Counted from the stretch's first letter, positions 16,689-27,527 are shown. The stretch: DNA of 64,000 bases from an uncultured virus (IMG/VR IMGVR_UViG_2898748948_000001) (IMGVR_UViG_2898748948_000001), one strand, 5' to 3'. Translations and numbers: made by a program. The notes: generated by a model not told the origin, from the sequence alone.

Positions 16689-19600
16689 TCACCACACCCC
16701 CAATCGAACACGTAATGTTCCATTCGAGTCGTAAACGCGGATGCAGCCAGATGCCCCGGCAGTAGGACGAATTTCGATGTCACCGAACTTGCCGGCCAGT
16801 GCGGAGATAGACGGAGTAGTGATGCCGTCGGGCAGGATGCTGGTATTGGAGCTTGGCGACCAGGGCGACAGCTCTGTCTGCAGTGCGCTTGCTCGACCGA
16901 CAAACGGGCGCGCAAGGAACATGTAGTTAGACCATGAAGTACCTGCCATCTGCGCGCCGGAGAGGATGGTGATCCGAGCAGTGATTGCTCCCGCAGGTGC
17001 GGTTACGAATCCTCCAGTGCGGCGGAAGTTTGCTAGAGAACGGCCACCGGAAGGCTGGTCAGTAATGACTCCGAACCCACCACCGCCTACCCATGTCCCG
17101 TTAGCGTCGAAGAACTCAAGGTACATCTCTCCGTGGCAGCGGTGGAACGCAGCGTAGACACTTGCTTCGTATCGCTCACCAGCGATGACGCTGATAGGTG
17201 CAGACACGAACCCCTTCCGGTACGTTCCGAGAGGTTGACCTTGCCCGTAAAGAGTCAGGTCTTCCAAGAACAGAGTCGGGGTTCCTGGCACTGTGTAGTC
17301 GAAGTTCATGTTCACGCCGCGAGCGCCGTTACCGTACTGCGAGTGCGAGATGGTGTATTGCCAGAAAGCAAGTCCCGGCGTGAACATCGGGTCAGGACAC
17401 AGATTGCCACCGATACCTACCGACAGCTTCTCAGCAGTAATAGAGCCTGCGGCAAGTTTGTCGACGGTGATGGCTCCAGCCGCGATCTGAGTGGCGGTCA
17501 CAGCGTTAGCAGCGATAGTGCCGGCTGTCACGGCGTTGGCCGCGATCTTGCCGGCAATGACAGAGTTCGCAGCAAGGTGCGAAGAGCTGATTGTCCCGGC
17601 CGCGATCCGCGCAGCGTTCAAGGTGCCGGCGGTGATTTTGTCCGCAGACAGGTTGCCGATCATCGCATTGACAATCGCGCCGTCCTGGATGGCAGCAGAA
17701 CCTACAGCAATGGCGTTGGCCGCAATCTTGGATGCAGTGATAGCGCCATCAACGATCAGGTTGGCGGAGGCTGCGCGGCGGAACATTATGCCCGTAACAA
17801 ACCAGTTAGCTGTCGCATCTGCAGTACCGCTCTCAACCACTACCCGCAGGCGTCCAAATGCTCGAGGCGTCGCAGCGTTAACCGGGACAGTGACGAAGCC
17901 CTCAATCTTCTGCCAGGTGTTAACCGCGTCGGGGTTCGCAAGTGTTACGGCTGTCAGGTACTCGATGTGTGTACCGTCAGCACCGCCTTCTGTGCCATTG
18001 TTAGCGAAGCACTGAAGCTGCAGTCGGAATGTGAAGCCAGACAACTTGTCTGCAGCCACCCAAGCAGACAGGTAGTAAGTGTCGCCTCCACTGATCTGGG
18101 TGTTACGTGTAGTGCAGGCTGCGCCTACGCCGCGTTGAATACGACGTCCTGACTTTGCCGGCATCCCTGCTGGCACCCCGGCCGTGGTGGCGTCCACTGC
18201 GATGTAATTCGCATGGAATGCCGCCCAGCTCGACGTATCCTGCATGTAGGGGTCAAGGATGATGTTGGAGTAGTCCATCACCGTCAACTGCTTCACCGTA
18301 ATAGCGTTCGCCGCGATCTGGTCTGCAGAAACGGCACCCGCTGCGATCTTTGCCGTCGTCACCGCATTCGCCGCGATCTCGTTGGCTGTCACTGCATTTG
18401 CTGCAATCGCATTGGTCGTCACCGAGTTCGCAGCGATAGCGTTAGCGGTCACAGCGCCGGTAGCAAGTTTCGCCGCAATGATCGCGCCGTCAACGATCAG
18501 AGCGCCAGCAGCGGCTTCTTGGAAGCGCATCTTGCCGACGTAAACCAGCGTCGTCGTGCTGTCTTCTCGAATGAATACTTGAAGCTGCGCGTAAGACTCT
18601 CCTGCCGCAGACCGAGCCTTCACCTCATGAGACACCCACGCGCCTGATGCGTATGTGTAGTCTGTGTCTACTGCCCTACCAGCACCAGCTGGTGTATAGA
18701 ACATTACGCGGATTCGTAGGTTGCAAGCCTGTGGGGAGTAGATTGCTACTCGCCACACATAGTCCGTAAGAGGCGTTACGGCAAATGTGCTCGAAGACCC
18801 TCCGTCGTAAGCTCCACTTCCTCCAGAGTTCAGTCGATTGATCTGCAGAACACACTTGCTGACTGTGCCTGCAAGGGCGTTAGGCTCGTTTTGGCGTATG
18901 TTTACGCTTCCGCCCATTAGACCAGTCCACATGGTGGCGTCCTGGTACTCTGCGTCAGGCACCATCGTCGAGGTATCGGACACCACCAGCTTAGACGCCA
19001 GCACGGAGCCTGCAGCAAGTTCTGTAGCCGACACAGCACCGGCAGCGATCTTCGCAGTAGTGATGGCGTTGGCCGCGATCTCATTTGCCGTCACGGCATT
19101 CGCAGCAATCTTGCCGGCTGTCACTGCTCCCGCTGCGATCTTGATCGCCGTGACCGAATTCGTAGCAAGTTCGTTGGCCGTGATCGCGCCTGCTGCGATG
19201 TTTCCAGCCGTGATCGTTCCCGCAGCGATTTCCGAAGCCGTGATCGTGCCTGCAGCGATTTCCGCAGCAGTAATCGTCTTCGCTGCGATCTTGTCAGCAG
19301 TAACAGCGCCGTCAACGATCAGCTCACCCGTGGCCATCATTACAAGGCTTACAGCTGCAAACTCCGCCACAGCGCCGTTCCCGTTGCCTTGAACACGCAC
19401 ACCCATAGTGGTATAGCCTGCTTCGACGGTGTATGTCCCTGTAAAGTCAGTCCATACACCTGTCGCAGCGGTGGAGTGGTTCAATGACGAGGCTGGTTGA
19501 CGGTAGACCGTAGGCTTTCCAGGCCCTTGCAGCACGAACTCAACACGGGACAGGCCAGAAGTGCCAGACAACTTACGTGCGGTGAAGCTCAGACGCACAG

Positions 19601-22600
19601 TCGTGCCTGGTTTTACAGGCTGGGACAGCGCCCAGTCACGGTTGTAGGCGCTGGCGTTTGTAGACGTAGGGGTCAAACGCAAAACGTTGGTCGCCACTGC
19701 TCCGGGGCCGTCAGCCACAGAAACGAACGCCGTTGTACCGCCTACAGGGTCGAGCCACCCCGCTCCAAGGTATGCGAAGTCGCCATCAGCCAGCATGTTC
19801 GCAGACGAGCCAATCACAAGCTTGTCAGCTGTGATAGCTCGTGCAGCGATTTCCGTAGCTGTTACGGCACCAGCTGCGATCTTCGCAGTCGTCACCGCAT
19901 TCGCGGCAATTTCATTCGCTGTTACCGCGTTAGCTGCAATCTTGCCAGCCGTAATCGCGCCCGCCGCAACCTTGATCGCAGTGACTGAGTTGGTCGCAAG
20001 CTCGTTAGCCGTCACCGTGCCTGCAGCGATCTTGCCGGCCGTCACAGAGTTCGCGCCCAGCTCCGCAGCCGTGATCGTTCCTGCAGCGATTTCTGCAGCG
20101 GTGATCGTCTTCGCTGCAATCTTCGCAGCGGTGATAGTTCCGTCAACGATCAGAGAGGCCGTCGTCCGCTCCTGCACATAGAACTTACCCATGCGCAAGT
20201 AGGCTGCGGTACTCGCTTCGTGAATGTAGACGAGCGCACGGGCACCTGCCGCGTTACCTGGAGACGTGAAAGTATCCTCTACAGAGTGCCAGCCTGCCCC
20301 AGTGGCAACCACGTCGATGTCCTTGTAGGCTCCCGATGCGTTTGCAGAGTCATACGTCAGGAGTCGCACCTTGAATGTGCAGGCTGCAGGGACGTAGACC
20401 GTAGTGCGGATTCGGTAGCCTGTGTTCTCGCGGAGGGAGAACTTAGAGCTGAAAGCGGAATCCCAGTCCGTACCGGTCTGCACACGGTTCAACTGCAGAG
20501 CACGGTTGTCGAGTGTGTTGTATTCGCGGTTGGACGTAGTGACGATGTTGATCGTGCCGCCCTGCCCGCCTGCCCACATAAGGGCGTCGCTGTAGTCTGC
20601 GTCAGGCACCAGTGTCGAAGGATCGGTGATGACCATCTTCGAGGCTGTAACAGCGCCTGCAGCAAGTTCTGCAGTCGTCACCGCACCGGCCTGGATCTTC
20701 GCTGTCGTGATCGCGTTAGCGGCGATCTCGTTCGCTGTCACGGCGTTGGCTGCGATCTTGCCTGCAGTCACTGCCCCAGCTGCGATGGCGTTTGCCGTTA
20801 CAGCACCGTCGACGATCAGCTCACCACGAGCCATCTCAGTGACGCGGAAGCCTCCCCACTGGGACTCTACGATGGGAGCTACGCTCCCGTAGTTCAGGTA
20901 CGCACCAGCGGTAAAGTAAGCCGCCTTAGCAGGGAACTGGGCAACACCGTTGGGGCCGACTGTCAGAGCCGTGCGCGTCCAGGTCGTAGGCGTTACCGCG
21001 CCGACTGCCGGGAAGTAGAAGTTACCGGCGGATGCGTTTGTCCCAGGCCAGCCCGCGCCAGGGTTAGGCGCGTCGGCTCCAGTAAGCAGCACGCCGTTGA
21101 CGTCATAGAACCGGATTGATGCGAAAGCACGGTTTGTCTGCGCAGCCGTTGCGATAAACCAAGTCTCAAACAGGTACGTCTTGCTGGTGTCGATGGGCGT
21201 CCTGTACGCCGCAGGAACCTGCATACTTGTTGCGATAGTCGCCGCAAGTACGTTAGGGCCTGGAGCGCCTTCCACGGTCTTGCGCGTAAAGTTGGCGTTG
21301 GCCCACATGTCAGCGTCCTGGAAGAACGGATCGACGTTCACAGCGTCGGTAGCCGTTACGACCAACTTGCCTGCGGTAACCGACCCTGCGGCCAGCTCAC
21401 GGGTGTTCACCGCACCAGCCGCGATCTTCCCTGCGGTAATTGCGTCTGCCGCGACAGTATTGGCTGTCACCGCATTGGCAGCGATCTTGCCAGCGGCCAC
21501 GGAATTTGCTGCCAGCTTCGGCGTGGTAATCGCGTTGTCGGCAATCTGGGTGGCCGCGATCTGGCCGACCATATCGCCCACGGCCACCTCGGCCGAGTAC
21601 TTGCTGCCATCCCAGCGGTAGAGCTTGCCCTGCCAGGTGATGACCGTGGTGGACTTCACCGTCGGCAGCGTGCCTGCAGTGCTGTTGGTCACCGGCTCAA
21701 TGCCTGATGCAAACTTGGTCGCATCCACTGCACCGGCCGCGATCTGGCTGGCAATGACAGTGCCTGTCAGGTCCGTGGTCGGTACCGCCGCCGTGTACTT
21801 GGCGCCGTCCCAACGGTACAGCTTGCCCTGCCAGGTGATCGCCGTCGTGGACTTCACAGTCGGCAACGTGCCTGCCGTGCTGTTGGTCACCGGCTCGATG
21901 CCGCTTGCAAACTTGGTCGTATCCACCGCTGCAGCAGCAATCTTGTCCGTGGTCACCGCCCCCGATGCCAGCTTTCCCGCATCCACAGCACCAGCGGCAA
22001 TCTTGCTCACCGTCACCGCGTTGTCGGCCAGCTTGGCAGAGTCGATCTGCCCCGTCAGATCCACCACCGCAACCTCGGCCGAGTACTTAGTGCCGTCCCA
22101 GCGGTACAGCTTGCCCTGCCAAGTGATGACCGTGGTGGACTTCACCGTGGGCAGACTGGCCGCCGCGCTGTTGGTCACGGGCTCGATGCCGGATGCGAAT
22201 TTGGTCGCGTCAACCGCCGCGGCCGCAATCTTGTCGGCAGTCACCGCGCCCGTGGCCAGCTTGCCGGCTTCGACCGCCCCGGCCGCAATCTTGCTCACCG
22301 TCACCGCGTTGTCCGCCAGCTTGGCCGCGTCAATCTGCCCAGACAGGTCCACCACGGCCACCTCGGCCGTGTATTTGCTGCCGTCCCAGCGGTAGAGCTT
22401 GCCCTGCCAGGTGATCACGTTCGTGGTCTTGGCCGTGGGCAGACTGGCCGCCGCGCTATTGGTCACCGGCTCGATGCCCGATGCAAACTTGGTCACATCC
22501 ACCGCGCCGGCCGCGATCTGGCTGGCGATGATGGTGCCCGTCAGGTCCACGGTAGGCACGGCCGCCGTGTATTTGCTGCCATCCCAGCGGTACAGCTTGC

Positions 22601-23318
22601 CCTGCCAGACGATGGTGCTGGTGCTCTTGACCGTGGGCAGCGTGGCCGCCGTGCTCACAGATACGGGCTCGATGCCATTCGCAAACTTGGTCGCATCCAC
22701 GGCCTGCGCAGCCAGCTTGCTCGCACTCACAGAGCCATTGGCCAGATTGCCGGCCTCGACGATCAGCGGGCCCAGGTCGTTGTTGCCGATCTTGCCCGTC
22801 TGCACATCCAGGCCGTTAATGCCGCCGGCAGGGGACACCGACTGCACGCCATCCTTGGACTGCCACTTGATCCACAGCCGGTAGCGCGTTCCCAGCGCTG
22901 CAGGATAGGCACCGATGGTGCCCTGGAACTGGAATAGCACCACGGCCTGGTCAAACGTCGGCGCGGTGCTGCCCGTCTGCAGAACCCCATAGACCACCGT
23001 CCGGTCATGGCCGTGCCCCTGCGTATAGCCGGGGGCATCGTGCTCCACAAATACCGTGGTCAGGCCTGCCGTCACCGCAAACCCCGTGGGCACCGGTGGT
23101 GGCGTCAGATCCGGCTCGATGTCGCCCCCTCCCGGCACGCCGGGCACCAGGCCACCACCCGCTCCAGGCTTGGCAATCCCGGAATCAATCAAGTCCTTGG
23201 CCGTCAGGGCCCGGCCATTGCCGCCGCGCCCCATCAGCACGCGCAGCTCCTCGGTCACGCGCTGGCTCCAGTTCGGAGCGTTGGTACCGGGCAAATCCTT
23301 GCGGGGAGTCGTTGCCAT
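16689..23318 (-). CDS. 2209-aa modular tail fibre/receptor-binding protein
   Basis: Five WQGKLYRWDG repeats, AxAVTAxKIA decamer runs, six intercalated globular domains, C-term RVRLGVW. Confidence 0.88.
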   Translation of the reverse strand: MATTPRKDLPGTNAPNWSQRVTEELRVLMGRGGNGRALTAKDLIDSGIAKPGAGGGLVPGVPGGGDIEPDLTPPPVPTGFAVTAGLTTVFVEHDAPGYTQGHGHDRTVVYGVLQTGSTAPTFDQAVVLFQFQGTIGAYPAALGTRYRLWIKWQSKDGVQSVSPAGGINGLDVQTGKIGNNDLGPLIVEAGNLANGSVSASKLAAQAVDATKFANGIEPVSVSTAATLPTVKSTSTIVWQGKLYRWDGSKYTAAVPTVDLTGTIIASQIAAGAVDVTKFASGIEPVTNSAAASLPTAKTTNVITWQGKLYRWDGSKYTAEVAVVDLSGQIDAAKLADNAVTVSKIAAGAVEAGKLATGAVTADKIAAAAVDATKFASGIEPVTNSAAASLPTVKSTTVITWQGKLYRWDGTKYSAEVAVVDLTGQIDSAKLADNAVTVSKIAAGAVDAGKLASGAVTTDKIAAAAVDTTKFASGIEPVTNSTAGTLPTVKSTTAITWQGKLYRWDGAKYTAAVPTTDLTGTVIASQIAAGAVDATKFASGIEPVTNSTAGTLPTVKSTTVITWQGKLYRWDGSKYSAEVAVGDMVGQIAATQIADNAITTPKLAANSVAAGKIAANAVTANTVAADAITAGKIAAGAVNTRELAAGSVTAGKLVVTATDAVNVDPFFQDADMWANANFTRKTVEGAPGPNVLAATIATSMQVPAAYRTPIDTSKTYLFETWFIATAAQTNRAFASIRFYDVNGVLLTGADAPNPGAGWPGTNASAGNFYFPAVGAVTPTTWTRTALTVGPNGVAQFPAKAAYFTAGAYLNYGSVAPIVESQWGGFRVTEMARGELIVDGAVTANAIAAGAVTAGKIAANAVTANEIAANAITTAKIQAGAVTTAELAAGAVTASKMVITDPSTLVPDADYSDALMWAGGQGGTINIVTTSNREYNTLDNRALQLNRVQTGTDWDSAFSSKFSLRENTGYRIRTTVYVPAACTFKVRLLTYDSANASGAYKDIDVVATGAGWHSVEDTFTSPGNAAGARALVYIHEASTAAYLRMGKFYVQERTTASLIVDGTITAAKIAAKTITAAEIAAGTITAAELGANSVTAGKIAAGTVTANELATNSVTAIKVAAGAITAGKIAANAVTANEIAANAVTTAKIAAGAVTATEIAARAITADKLVIGSSANMLADGDFAYLGAGWLDPVGGTTAFVSVADGPGAVATNVLRLTPTSTNASAYNRDWALSQPVKPGTTVRLSFTARKLSGTSGLSRVEFVLQGPGKPTVYRQPASSLNHSTAATGVWTDFTGTYTVEAGYTTMGVRVQGNGNGAVAEFAAVSLVMMATGELIVDGAVTADKIAAKTITAAEIAAGTITASEIAAGTITAGNIAAGAITANELATNSVTAIKIAAGAVTAGKIAANAVTANEIAANAITTAKIAAGAVSATELAAGSVLASKLVVSDTSTMVPDAEYQDATMWTGLMGGSVNIRQNEPNALAGTVSKCVLQINRLNSGGSGAYDGGSSSTFAVTPLTDYVWRVAIYSPQACNLRIRVMFYTPAGAGRAVDTDYTYASGAWVSHEVKARSAAGESYAQLQVFIREDSTTTLVYVGKMRFQEAAAGALIVDGAIIAAKLATGAVTANAIAANSVTTNAIAANAVTANEIAANAVTTAKIAAGAVSADQIAANAITVKQLTVMDYSNIILDPYMQDTSSWAAFHANYIAVDATTAGVPAGMPAKSGRRIQRGVGAACTTRNTQISGGDTYYLSAWVAADKLSGFTFRLQLQCFANNGTEGGADGTHIEYLTAVTLANPDAVNTWQKIEGFVTVPVNAATPRAFGRLRVVVESGTADATANWFVTGIMFRRAASANLIVDGAITASKIAANAIAVGSAAIQDGAIVNAMIGNLSADKITAGTLNAARIAAGTISSSHLAANSVIAGKIAANAVTAGTIAANAVTATQIAAGAITVDKLAAGSITAEKLSVGIGGNLCPDPMFTPGLAFWQYTISHSQYGNGARGVNMNFDYTVPGTPTLFLEDLTLYGQGQPLGTYRKGFVSAPISVIAGERYEASVYAAFHRCHGEMYLEFFDANGTWVGGGGFGVITDQPSGGRSLANFRRTGGFVTAPAGAITARITILSGAQMAGTSWSNYMFLARPFVGRASALQTELSPWSPSSNTSILPDGITTPSISALAGKFGDIEIRPTAGASGCIRVYDSNGTLRVRLGVW
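21540..22720 (-). repeat. Five intragenic repeats in the tail fibre
   Basis: AVDATKFASGIEPV...WQGKLYRWDG.KY unit x5, also visible at DNA level (agcttgccctgcca). Confidence 0.9.
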
Positions 23319-24997
23319 CAGCGCAGCTCCTCCACGGCCTGGGCCAGGGCCACGCCCTGCACCGCCTGCTGGCCAGACAGATCTATCTGCCAGGAGCGCG
23401 CAGGAATGGGCGGCAAGCGGAAGGCTTCGGGCCCGGGCGCCGACAACGTGAACTGCACCCCGCTGCTATTGCCGGAAGTCACCGCCACACAGCGCGAGCC
23501 GAAGGTCGCAATGTGGGCCGCCACCTCGCGCGCACTCAGCTCCAGGGCATTGAGTTTGACCGTCACCGGGTAGCCATCCGCCACCACCTTGCACCAGCCA
23601 AAGCTCGCCGGAGCCGGCATGGCAAACACCTTGGACACAAAGCGCGCGCTCATCAAAGCCGCGCCGGCATCCCATTTGCGCACCTTGGTTCCATCGAGCA
23701 CATACAGCGCATCCTGCAGCCGGTCCAGGTAGAGCGCGTCATAGCCTTTTTCAAGATAGAAGATACCCGTGGGATTGACCGGGTCCACCAGAAAGCCGCG
23801 CCGCACACCGCCGGCGTCGGTATAAAAGCCCAGAAACAGACCCTCGTACAGGCCCGCCACCATGCCCGCTGGCTTCATGGCCAGCCAGTCATCGCGCGTC
23901 AGCAGCCCGGCAGTGATCAGCTTGGCACCGCCCGCCCCGTAGTAGGCCAGGCCGTCGGGGGCCGGCCAGGCCACACCATGGCCGAAGCTCACCACCGCCT
24001 GCGGCGCGAGGCAGGCCTGGCCCACCTCCAGCGGCTGCTCGTCCAGGCTATCGGGCGAGGTTCCGGCCACCAGCACCGGATCGGCCGTGGTCAGCACCAG
24101 CAGCCGCTGCCCGAAGGTGGCCAGCGCCAGCGGCTTGGCATCGGGCGGCAAAGTCTCATAGGCCATGGGCCAGGCATAAGGCTTGTAGGCCTCGCAATAG
24201 CGCACGGCATTTCCGCTGATGCCCGCCATCATCCCGTTCCACATGGCCGTCAGGTACGACAGATCCTGCGGAGGCTCCAGCCAAGTCATAGTCTCCAGCA
24301 CCTCGCCCAAGGTGCGCCCATCGTCGGTGGTGCTGGCAACGCCTGCAGCAATCTCGCGCAAGAAGAAGAATTCAGCGGTGCCCGTTGTTCCGGTCTGCGT
24401 GCGGTAGATCCGCGCCCGGTTGATCGTGAAGGCGCCAGCCGGCGGCGCCTGAATGGCCGAGATATTGACGGTCGCGTCGGTTGGCACTGTCAGTGCGGCC
24501 GATACTGGCCCGGGCGCGCTCTCCTCGCCCTTGTCCGTCACATAGGTGTAGACGTAGTAGCGCACCTCGGTGTCCGTGCTGCTGCCGCCTGAAGCCGCCA
24601 CCGTGGGCCCGGAAATGGGTGCAGGGACCCCCAGCTTGCGCCAGGCCGCCGGATAGGTTCCCCCAGCCAGCGCAATCGTGTTGTCCGTCCATTTCGGGAA
24701 ACCGTCACCGGTGTAATAGGTGCGCTCCGTCGTGTCATCGGCCACCATGCCGCGCACGGCGTGCACAATGCCCGTCCAGGACATCCAGTAGCGGCCATCC
24801 TCGGCCACATCGCGGCCAAAGCGGTAAATTGTCTTTCTGCCGGCGGGCACTGTCGCCACATCCTGCGGATCGCGCCAGGGCCGGAAGTCGCCGCGGCCCG
24901 GCTTCTGGTTCCACGAAACCGTGCCCACCGCCTCCGGCAGCAGCTTGGGGTGCGGCGCATTCACGGCGCCAGAGAAACCAGAAACCGTAACCTTCAT
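23318..24997 (-). CDS. Tail nozzle/head-stabilization-type protein
   Basis: ~560-aa beta-rich ORF between adaptor genes and the fibre. Confidence 0.65.
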   Translation of the reverse strand: MKVTVSGFSGAVNAPHPKLLPEAVGTVSWNQKPGRGDFRPWRDPQDVATVPAGRKTIYRFGRDVAEDGRYWMSWTGIVHAVRGMVADDTTERTYYTGDGFPKWTDNTIALAGGTYPAAWRKLGVPAPISGPTVAASGGSSTDTEVRYYVYTYVTDKGEESAPGPVSAALTVPTDATVNISAIQAPPAGAFTINRARIYRTQTGTTGTAEFFFLREIAAGVASTTDDGRTLGEVLETMTWLEPPQDLSYLTAMWNGMMAGISGNAVRYCEAYKPYAWPMAYETLPPDAKPLALATFGQRLLVLTTADPVLVAGTSPDSLDEQPLEVGQACLAPQAVVSFGHGVAWPAPDGLAYYGAGGAKLITAGLLTRDDWLAMKPAGMVAGLYEGLFLGFYTDAGGVRRGFLVDPVNPTGIFYLEKGYDALYLDRLQDALYVLDGTKVRKWDAGAALMSARFVSKVFAMPAPASFGWCKVVADGYPVTVKLNALELSAREVAAHIATFGSRCVAVTSGNSSGVQFTLSAPGPEAFRLPPIPARSWQIDLSGQQAVQGVALAQAVEELR

Positions 24998-25006
24998 CAC
25001 CACCCC

Positions 25007-25570
25007 TCAGAAATACGGGCGCACGCGCGGCCGCACCGCAGCCCGACCACGCCACACCTCGACATTGATGGTTTCGCAGCGCGTGTTGAAGTCGCCGCGC
25101 AACACGGCGTCCCCTCGCAGGCGCGCCACGGCGCCGAGAGCAATCACTTCGCTGTATTGATCAAACACCGCGTCGTCGATGCCCATGGACATATCGCTCG
25201 GTTTGAGCGTCACATCCAGCACCAAGGCCAGATCGGCGGCCACAGGGCGGTGCAGCACCACCCTGCGCGCGTCTGGTGTCATCAGGTACTGGCCGTCTCC
25301 CTGACCCTGGCGCCACAGAACCAGGGAACCATGCCCCGACAGCTCTGCGCCCTCCACCCGCACCAAAGCGGTCTGCTCAGGCAGCGGAATGGCATATTCA
25401 GACTGACCATCCTCTGTGGTGATCGGCTCCAGCGTCGTGCGCCAGGCGCGCGTGCGGTGGCAGAAGTCCTGGGCCGCACGGCGCAGCTGGTGCACCACAG
25501 TCGGCTCAGGCGTGCCCAGCTCCACAGCGGGCAGCACGTCGGGGAAGAAGTCCGCCCAATCGCGCATCAT
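25007..25570 (-). CDS. Virion structural (adaptor-like) protein
   Basis: LRRAAQDFCHRTRAW motif; position in the late operon. Confidence 0.65.
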   Translation of the reverse strand: MMRDWADFFPDVLPAVELGTPEPTVVHQLRRAAQDFCHRTRAWRTTLEPITTEDGQSEYAIPLPEQTALVRVEGAELSGHGSLVLWRQGQGDGQYLMTPDARRVVLHRPVAADLALVLDVTLKPSDMSMGIDDAVFDQYSEVIALGAVARLRGDAVLRGDFNTRCETINVEVWRGRAAVRPRVRPYF

Positions 25571-26283
25571 TGGCCCACCGGCACCGTCGCGGCACTGCTG
25601 CCCTGGCGGAAGTTCGGATTACCTACCGACACGGGAGCGGCCGACAGCGTCGCCTTCAGCTCGATGCCCAGCGCCGTCGCAAATGCCGCGTAGTGCGCCT
25701 GGGCGCGCGCCGCATTGCCGGCATAGTCGGCATCCTTCAGATAGCCGCGGTACAGCATGTAATCCAGCAGCGCATTGGCGTAGATGTCCGCCACCGAGAT
25801 GTTGCCCACCACCGCGGTGTATTCGGAGCCGGCAGCTGGCTCTGCAATATCCGTGGGCGTGGCCGAATAATTGATCTCCAGCTTGGCCGCAATCGTCGCG
25901 GGCGGGTACACCCAGAACGCCTTGGGCTCGCGCGGGTCGTACATGAAATGCACGATCTCCGCCGCGCCGGCGATGTTGTGCCAGTTGGGCATCTGCGCAT
26001 CCAGAATCTCGCGGCTGCAGATGCGCACGGCGCGCTTGCTGGTAACTGTGGAATTGCGCTGCACATCAATCAGCTTGGCGCCATCGGCCGGCAGAGCCTG
26101 CTTGGTACCCGCCACGCAATCGATGACCGCGCTCTTGTTGAAGGCATCGGGGCGGTGCAGCATGATTTCACGCTGGCCATCGTTGAGGTAGCGCACCCAC
26201 TCGCCCACAGGCCAGCGGATAGAGGTGGTGTCCTGGGTGGTCACCACGCCGCGCTGAATCACATCCTTGGCTGCAATGGGCAT
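25567..26283 (-). CDS. Head-tail adaptor-like protein
   Basis: RW...YLNDGQREI...FWVYPP...LLDYMLYRGYLKD. Confidence 0.72.
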   Translation of the reverse strand: MPIAAKDVIQRGVVTTQDTTSIRWPVGEWVRYLNDGQREIMLHRPDAFNKSAVIDCVAGTKQALPADGAKLIDVQRNSTVTSKRAVRICSREILDAQMPNWHNIAGAAEIVHFMYDPREPKAFWVYPPATIAAKLEINYSATPTDIAEPAAGSEYTAVVGNISVADIYANALLDYMLYRGYLKDADYAGNAARAQAHYAAFATALGIELKATLSAAPVSVGNPNFRQGSSAATVPVGQ

Positions 26284-26286
26284 GGA

Positions 26287-26922
26287 TTACTCCTTGGAGT
26301 CAGCGCGCAGGGCGGCCGCCAGCAGGTCGCGCAGCTCGCCCACCTTCACGCTATTGCCCTTGGGCAAGTTGATTTCGTTGGACTCGGCAAACGTGCGGAT
26401 CTGCGCTGCCGTCCATTCGCTGATGTCGATGGCTTCGCCCGCTTCGTTGGCAAACACATAGGGCGACTCGCTGGCGCTCTCATCTGTACCGGTGCTTTGG
26501 CCCTCGCCGGAGGCCTGCTCCAAAGGCTTGTCGGCTTCCTCGCCACCCTTGGCACCATCAGCAGTGGCTGAATCTGCAGAGACAGAGGCGGAGGCAGCAG
26601 CTGCTTGATTCAGCTCCTGCACCTGACGCTTCAAAGCTTCAATCTGGCTGGTTTGGTCGGCCACCACCTTCTGCAGCTCCTCGGCGTCTGTGGGCGTGGT
26701 CGAGCCAATGCTGGCCGTCAGCTGCTGGGCGACAGTGCCGCCCTGCTCGACAGGCTCATACAAACGATAGGCCTCGGTGATGGACAGCAGTCGCGCGGCG
26801 GCTTTTTCGTGCAGCACCTCGGCCACCACGTCCTTCTTGTCGTTGGGCTTGAACTGAATGGATTGGCCGTAGAGCTCCACGGTTGTGGAATCCTTGCGGC
26901 GGTATGCGTGGATGGCGGTCAT
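26287..26922 (-). CDS. Phage hypothetical protein
   Basis: AAGGAG RBS; short C-terminal helical domain. Confidence 0.7.
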   Translation of the reverse strand: MTAIHAYRRKDSTTVELYGQSIQFKPNDKKDVVAEVLHEKAAARLLSITEAYRLYEPVEQGGTVAQQLTASIGSTTPTDAEELQKVVADQTSQIEALKRQVQELNQAAAASASVSADSATADGAKGGEEADKPLEQASGEGQSTGTDESASESPYVFANEAGEAIDISEWTAAQIRTFAESNEINLPKGNSVKVGELRDLLAAALRADSKE

Positions 26923-27007
26923 GTGGCACTCCTTGCCGGTTCAATAAAGAAAGGGCCGCGCGCACGGCGCAGCCCCTTTACACACTCATTGCCTGGGGCT
27001 GCGCGGC

Positions 27008-27457
27008 TCAATAACGCATGCGGACCAGTGCCAGCACTTGCTTGCCGGCGGTAGCAGAAGTCGCGGCCGCTGTGGTCACCTTCAGGCCCAACTTGCGCGC
27101 GGTGTCGCGGTTGGCGAATGCCAGTGCAGCCGAGTTGGCCGTGGCAACGGAGCCTGCAGCGGCCGAGCCTGGCTTGAGGCCGGTGTCGTAGACCGTGGCC
27201 AGGTCCGTGCCGGCTGCATTGATCACGCCCAGCGAGAACGCCAGCGTGGGAGCCGCGTTGCTGTCCAGCTGGGGCGCCAGCACGTCCACCGCCACCAATT
27301 GCACTTTGGGGGGAATGTCCAGCAGCTCCAGCAGATCGTTGGCGGCCAGAGCAACGCTGGGCAGTGTCAGGTCCACGGCCACCGTCAGCACGCTGGCGTC
27401 GAAGGGTTGCGGCACAGCCTTCTTGCCGGTCGCAACATCGGATTGATATTTGGGCAT
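27008..27457 (-). CDS. Capsid-associated (decoration-like) protein
   Basis: Directly downstream of the MCP; AGGAG RBS. Confidence 0.65.
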   Translation of the reverse strand: MPKYQSDVATGKKAVPQPFDASVLTVAVDLTLPSVALAANDLLELLDIPPKVQLVAVDVLAPQLDSNAAPTLAFSLGVINAAGTDLATVYDTGLKPGSAAAGSVATANSAALAFANRDTARKLGLKVTTAAATSATAGKQVLALVRMRY

Positions 27458-27527
27458 TTGAAGCTCCTATGTCTGATGAGGGAAAGGGCTGGTGAAGCCA
27501 CGGCCCACGGCGCGGGCCGCGGGCTCA

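Noticed and set aside
16689..23318. Diversity-generating retroelement or invertible tail-fibre switch
   Set aside because: No reverse transcriptase, no adenine-specific TR/VR pair and no invertase seen; the repeats are in-frame coding repeats
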